Source of the DNA: a virus
Taxonomy: Duplodnaviria > Heunggongvirae > Uroviricota > Caudoviricetes
IMG/VR virus record: IMGVR_UViG_2711768020_000003
DNA length: 9,520 bases
Strand: one strand, 5' to 3'
Shown: positions 6,348 to 9,520 of the stretch, in pieces
Position numbering within the stretch: the stretch's first letter is position 1
How the letters are laid out: the number at the start of each line of letters is the position of its first letter
Made by a program: the position numbers and the translations under genes
The notes under the pieces: model-generated
Seen by the model: the letters and a program-made list of their open reading frames with translations, nothing else
Told to the model about the DNA's origin: nothing
Databases searched by the model: none

Positions 6348-8077
6348 GCCGGAAATCTTACCCCAACGTAAATGCTGCAAATCAGTATGCCCGGGATGTC
6401 GTGCGCGGAAAGATTGTTGCCTGCCAGTTTGTGATTCAGGCCTGCCAGCGCCATCTTGATGACCTGATGGCGGAAAAAAGTAAGTCGTTTCGTTACCGCT
6501 TCGACAAGGACCTGGCTGAACGGGCCGCGAAATTTATTCAGCTGTTGCCGCACACCAAGGGGGAGTGGGCATTCAAACGGATGCCCATCACGCTGGAGCC
6601 GTGGCAGCTATTTGTGATCTGCTGTGCGTTTGGCTGGGTCAATAAAGGCACCCGGTTGCGCCGCTTCCGGGAGGTGTACACCGAAATCCCCCGTAAGAAC
6701 GGCAAATCAGCAATCTCTGCCGGTGTTGCCCTGTATTGTTTTGCCTGTGATAACGAGTTTGGCGCGGAAGTGTATTCCGGTGCCACGACAGAGAAACAGG
6801 CGTGGGAAGTCTTTCGCCCGGCGCGACTGATGTGTAAACGCACACCCATGCTGACGGAAGCGTTCGGGATTGAGGTTAACGCCTCAAACATGAACCGTCC
6901 GGAGGATGGCGCGCGGTTTGAACCGCTGATCGGCAACCCAGGTGATGGTTCATCACCCCACTGTGCCGTGGTTGATGAATATCACGAGCATGCCACCGAT
7001 GCGCTTTATACCACAATGCTTACCGGGATGGGGGCGCGACGTCAGCCACTGATGTGGGCCATCACCACCGCCGGGTACAACATTGAGGGGCCGTGCTACG
7101 ACAAGCGGCGGGAAGTCATCGAGATGCTCAACGGCTCGGTGCCTAACGATGAACTGTTCGGGATCATCTATACCGTTGATGAAGGTGACGACTGGACCGG
7201 CCCGCAGGTGCTGGAAAAAGCCAATCCAAATATTGGCGTGTCGGTTTATCGCGAATTTTTGTTAAGTCAGCAGCAGCGTGCGAAAAATAACGCCCGTCTG
7301 GCAAACGTCTTTAAAACAAAACACCTCAATATCTGGGTGTCGGCGCGTTCGGCGTATTTCAACTTGGTGAGCTGGCAGAGCTGCGAGGATAAATCACTGA
7401 CCCTTGAGCAGTTCGAGGGGCAGCCGTGCATTCTGGCCTTTGACCTGGCGCGTAAGCTGGATATGAACAGCATGGCGCGACTTTATACCCGCGAGATTGA
7501 CGGTAAAACGCATTACTACAGTGTGGCCCCGCGTTTCTGGGTACCGTATGACACGGTGTACAGCGTCGAGAAAAATGAAGATCGACGGACAGCCGAACGC
7601 TTTCAGAAATGGGTGGAAATGGGCGTTCTGACCGTTACCGATGGTGCGGAGGTGGATTATCGCTACATCCTCGAGGAGGCCAAAGCGGCGAACAAAATCA
7701 GCCCGGTCAGTGAGTCACCCATCGACCCCTTCGGGGCGACCGGGTTGTCACATGACCTTGCTGATGAAGACCTGAATCCCGTCACTATCGTCCAGAACTT
7801 CACCAATATGTCCGATCCGATGAAAGAGCTGGAAGCAGCGATTGAATCGGGACGTTTTCATCATGACGGCAATCCCATCATGACCTGGTGTATCGGCAAC
7901 GTGGTCGGCAAAAACATGCCGGGTAACGATGATGTGGTGAAACCCGTCAAAGAGCAGGCGGAAAACAAAATCGATGGTGCAGTTGCGCTGATTATGGCGG
8001 TTGGCAGAGCCATGCTGTACGAGAAAGAAGACACGCTGTCTGACCACATTGAGTCCTACGGGATCCGCTCGCTTTAA
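6344..8077 (+). CDS. Terminase large subunit (TerL, ATPase/nuclease)
   Basis: 577-aa ORF directly coupled to the small subunit gene. Size, position and an ATPase-like N-terminal region ([13 protein letters not shown]...) fit HK97-type large terminases. Confidence 0.88.
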   Translation: MSRKSYPNVNAANQYARDVVRGKIVACQFVIQACQRHLDDLMAEKSKSFRYRFDKDLAERAAKFIQLLPHTKGEWAFKRMPITLEPWQLFVICCAFGWVNKGTRLRRFREVYTEIPRKNGKSAISAGVALYCFACDNEFGAEVYSGATTEKQAWEVFRPARLMCKRTPMLTEAFGIEVNASNMNRPEDGARFEPLIGNPGDGSSPHCAVVDEYHEHATDALYTTMLTGMGARRQPLMWAITTAGYNIEGPCYDKRREVIEMLNGSVPNDELFGIIYTVDEGDDWTGPQVLEKANPNIGVSVYREFLLSQQQRAKNNARLANVFKTKHLNIWVSARSAYFNLVSWQSCEDKSLTLEQFEGQPCILAFDLARKLDMNSMARLYTREIDGKTHYYSVAPRFWVPYDTVYSVEKNEDRRTAERFQKWVEMGVLTVTDGAEVDYRYILEEAKAANKISPVSESPIDPFGATGLSHDLADEDLNPVTIVQNFTNMSDPMKELEAAIESGRFHHDGNPIMTWCIGNVVGKNMPGNDDVVKPVKEQAENKIDGAVALIMAVGRAMLYEKEDTLSDHIESYGIRSL

Positions 8078-8088
8078 CTGAGGTAATT

Positions 8089-8271
8089 ATGATCATGCTG
8101 ATTCTCGCGCCTCTGGTGGGCGTGCTGGGTGCGCTTTTGCTGGCGTATGGTGCCTGGCTGATTTATCCCCCGGCGGGTTTTGTTGTTGCCGGGGCGCTGT
8201 GCCTGTTCTGGTCGTGGCTGGTGGCGCGATATCTCGACCGTACACGGCAGTCTGTCGGCGGAGGTAAATAG
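8089..8271 (+). CDS. Hypothetical small membrane protein (60 aa, two predicted transmembrane helices)
   Basis: GAGGT (8080-8084) precedes ATG 8089 (second ATG at 8095). Two hydrophobic segments, [23 protein letters not shown] and [19 protein letters not shown]. Stop TAG (8269-8271) overlaps the GTG at 8271 that has a strong ribosome-binding site for the portal reading frame. The ORF is short, so coding status is not certain. Confidence 0.4.
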   Translation: MIMLILAPLVGVLGALLLAYGAWLIYPPAGFVVAGALCLFWSWLVARYLDRTRQSVGGGK

Positions 8272-9427
8272 TGTTCTTTTCGGGATTATTTCAACGAAAA
8301 AGCGATGTGCCGGTGACCACGCCAGCAGAACTGCTGATGCTATCGGGCTGTCATACGACACCTATACCGGAAAGCGGATCAGTAGCCAGCGGGCCATGCG
8401 CCTGACGGCGGTCTATTCTTGCGTCAGGGTGCTGGCAGAGTCTGTTGGTATGCTGCCCTGCAGTCTCTACAAAATCAGCGGTACCCTGAAAACACGGGCG
8501 GTGGATGAACGACTGCATAAGTTGGTTTCGGCAAAACCTAATGGCTACATGACACCGCAGGAATTCTGGGAGCTGGTTATTGTCTGCCTGTGTCTACGGG
8601 GGAATTTTTACGCCTACAAGGTAAAGGCACTGGGAGAAGTGGTGGAGCTTCTTCCGATAGATCCGGGCTGTGTGGAACCGAAGCTGAACAGCCAGTGGCA
8701 GCCGGTTTATCAGGTGACGTTTCCGGATGGTTCCGTGGATGTGTTGACCCAGAATGAAATCTGGCATGTGCGCACCCTGACGCTGGATGGACTTGTCGGG
8801 CTGAATCCCATTGCGTATGCGCGTGAGGCCATTTCACTGGCAGCGGCAACCGAGGAGCACGGTGCCAGGTTGTTTAGTAATGGTGCGGTGACATCCGGTG
8901 TGTTGCGTACGGAACAAAAGCTCACGCCGGATGCTTACGAGCGTCTGAAGAAAGATTTTGAGGAGTGTCACACGGGGCTTGGCAATGCTCACCGCCCGAT
9001 GATTCTGGAAATGGGGCTGGACTGGAAGTCGATGGCGCTGAACGCCGAGGACAGTCAGTTCCTGGAAACCCGCAAGTTTCAGCTGGAAGAAATCTGTCGT
9101 CTGTTCCGGGTGCCGTTGCACATGGTGCAGAACACCGATCGCGCCACCTTCAACAATATCGAAGAGCTGGGGCTGGGATTTATCAACTATTCACTGGTGC
9201 CGTATCTGACCCGCATCGAACAGCGGATCAACACCGGACTGGTACGAAAAAGTAAGCAGGGCGTTTATTACGCCAAATTTAACGCCGGGGCGTTACTGCG
9301 CGGGGATATGAAGTCCCGTTTTGAAGCCTACGCCACCGGGATCAACTGGGGAATTTACTCTTCCAATGACTGCCGCGACCTGGAAGATATGAATCCGCGT
9401 CCCGGTGGTGTAATGCCGATCAGTTAA
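8271..9427 (+). CDS. Portal protein, HK97 family; apparent frameshift near the 5' end (main body 8396-9427 in a different frame from the best start at 8271)
   Basis: Body contains the portal-typical N-proximal motif RLTAVYSCVRVLAESVGMLP and is about 340-385 aa, downstream of TerL. The only strong initiation signal is GGAGGT (8260-8265) then GTG 8271 after a 5-nt spacer, but that frame stops at TGA 8403-8405 after 44 codons (MFFSGLFQRKSDVPVTTPAELLML...). The body frame has no ATG before 8396 and only TTG codons at 8180-8188 with no ribosome-binding site. Confidence 0.8.
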
Positions 9428-9459
9428 GGATCAGTTGACCGATCCAGTGGCTGTGTAAG

Positions 9460-9494
9460 AATCCGGAAACGCTCACTTGTTTCCGGATTTTTTT
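9460..9494 (+). terminator. Rho-independent terminator downstream of the portal gene
   Basis: AATCCGGAAAC (9460-9470), loop GCTCACTT, GTTTCCGGATT (9479-9489), T run to 9494. Perfect 11-bp stem. Confidence 0.6.
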
Positions 9495-9520
9495 ATGCAC
9501 ATTGGACAGGCTCTTGATCT

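Noticed and set aside
8180-8395. ORF-track start of the portal at 8180, overlapping the small membrane ORF
   Set aside because: The codon at 8180 is TTG with no ribosome-binding site and the encoded N-terminus is Cys/Arg-rich. The strong ribosome-binding site plus GTG at 8271 in another frame points to a frameshift, not this start.

Overview
This window reads as a contiguous segment of a lambdoid (HK97-like head module, cos-type) prophage of an enterobacterial host, with all genes on the + strand. In order: the 3' end of the replication module (DnaB-like helicase), a short nin-like region (small coiled-coil ORF, RusA resolvase), a small Q-family antiterminator with candidate late promoter and terminator directly downstream, a cargo locus (ORF6N/KilA-N-like protein gene with its own promoter and terminator, then a tightly packed array of four tRNA genes: Ile-CAU, Arg-UCU, Thr-UGU, Gly-UCC), a lysis cassette (phage-21-type pinholin, SAR endolysin, Rz/Rz1 spanins) interrupted by two runs of N, an HNH endonuclease, the expected cos region, terminase small (P27 family) and large subunits, a small membrane ORF, and an HK97-family portal gene followed by an intrinsic terminator. 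The most interesting part is the cargo slot between Q and the lysis genes, the same position where Stx and other morons sit in related phages. Both N runs fall in or next to that slot, and the second is too short for the genes it must contain, so hidden content cannot be excluded. The portal gene appears frameshifted near its 5' end. Nothing here can be shown from sequence alone to be a new defence or anti-defence system; the candidates are flagged with tests. All protein-family calls rest on recognised motifs and recalled similarity, not on database searches.
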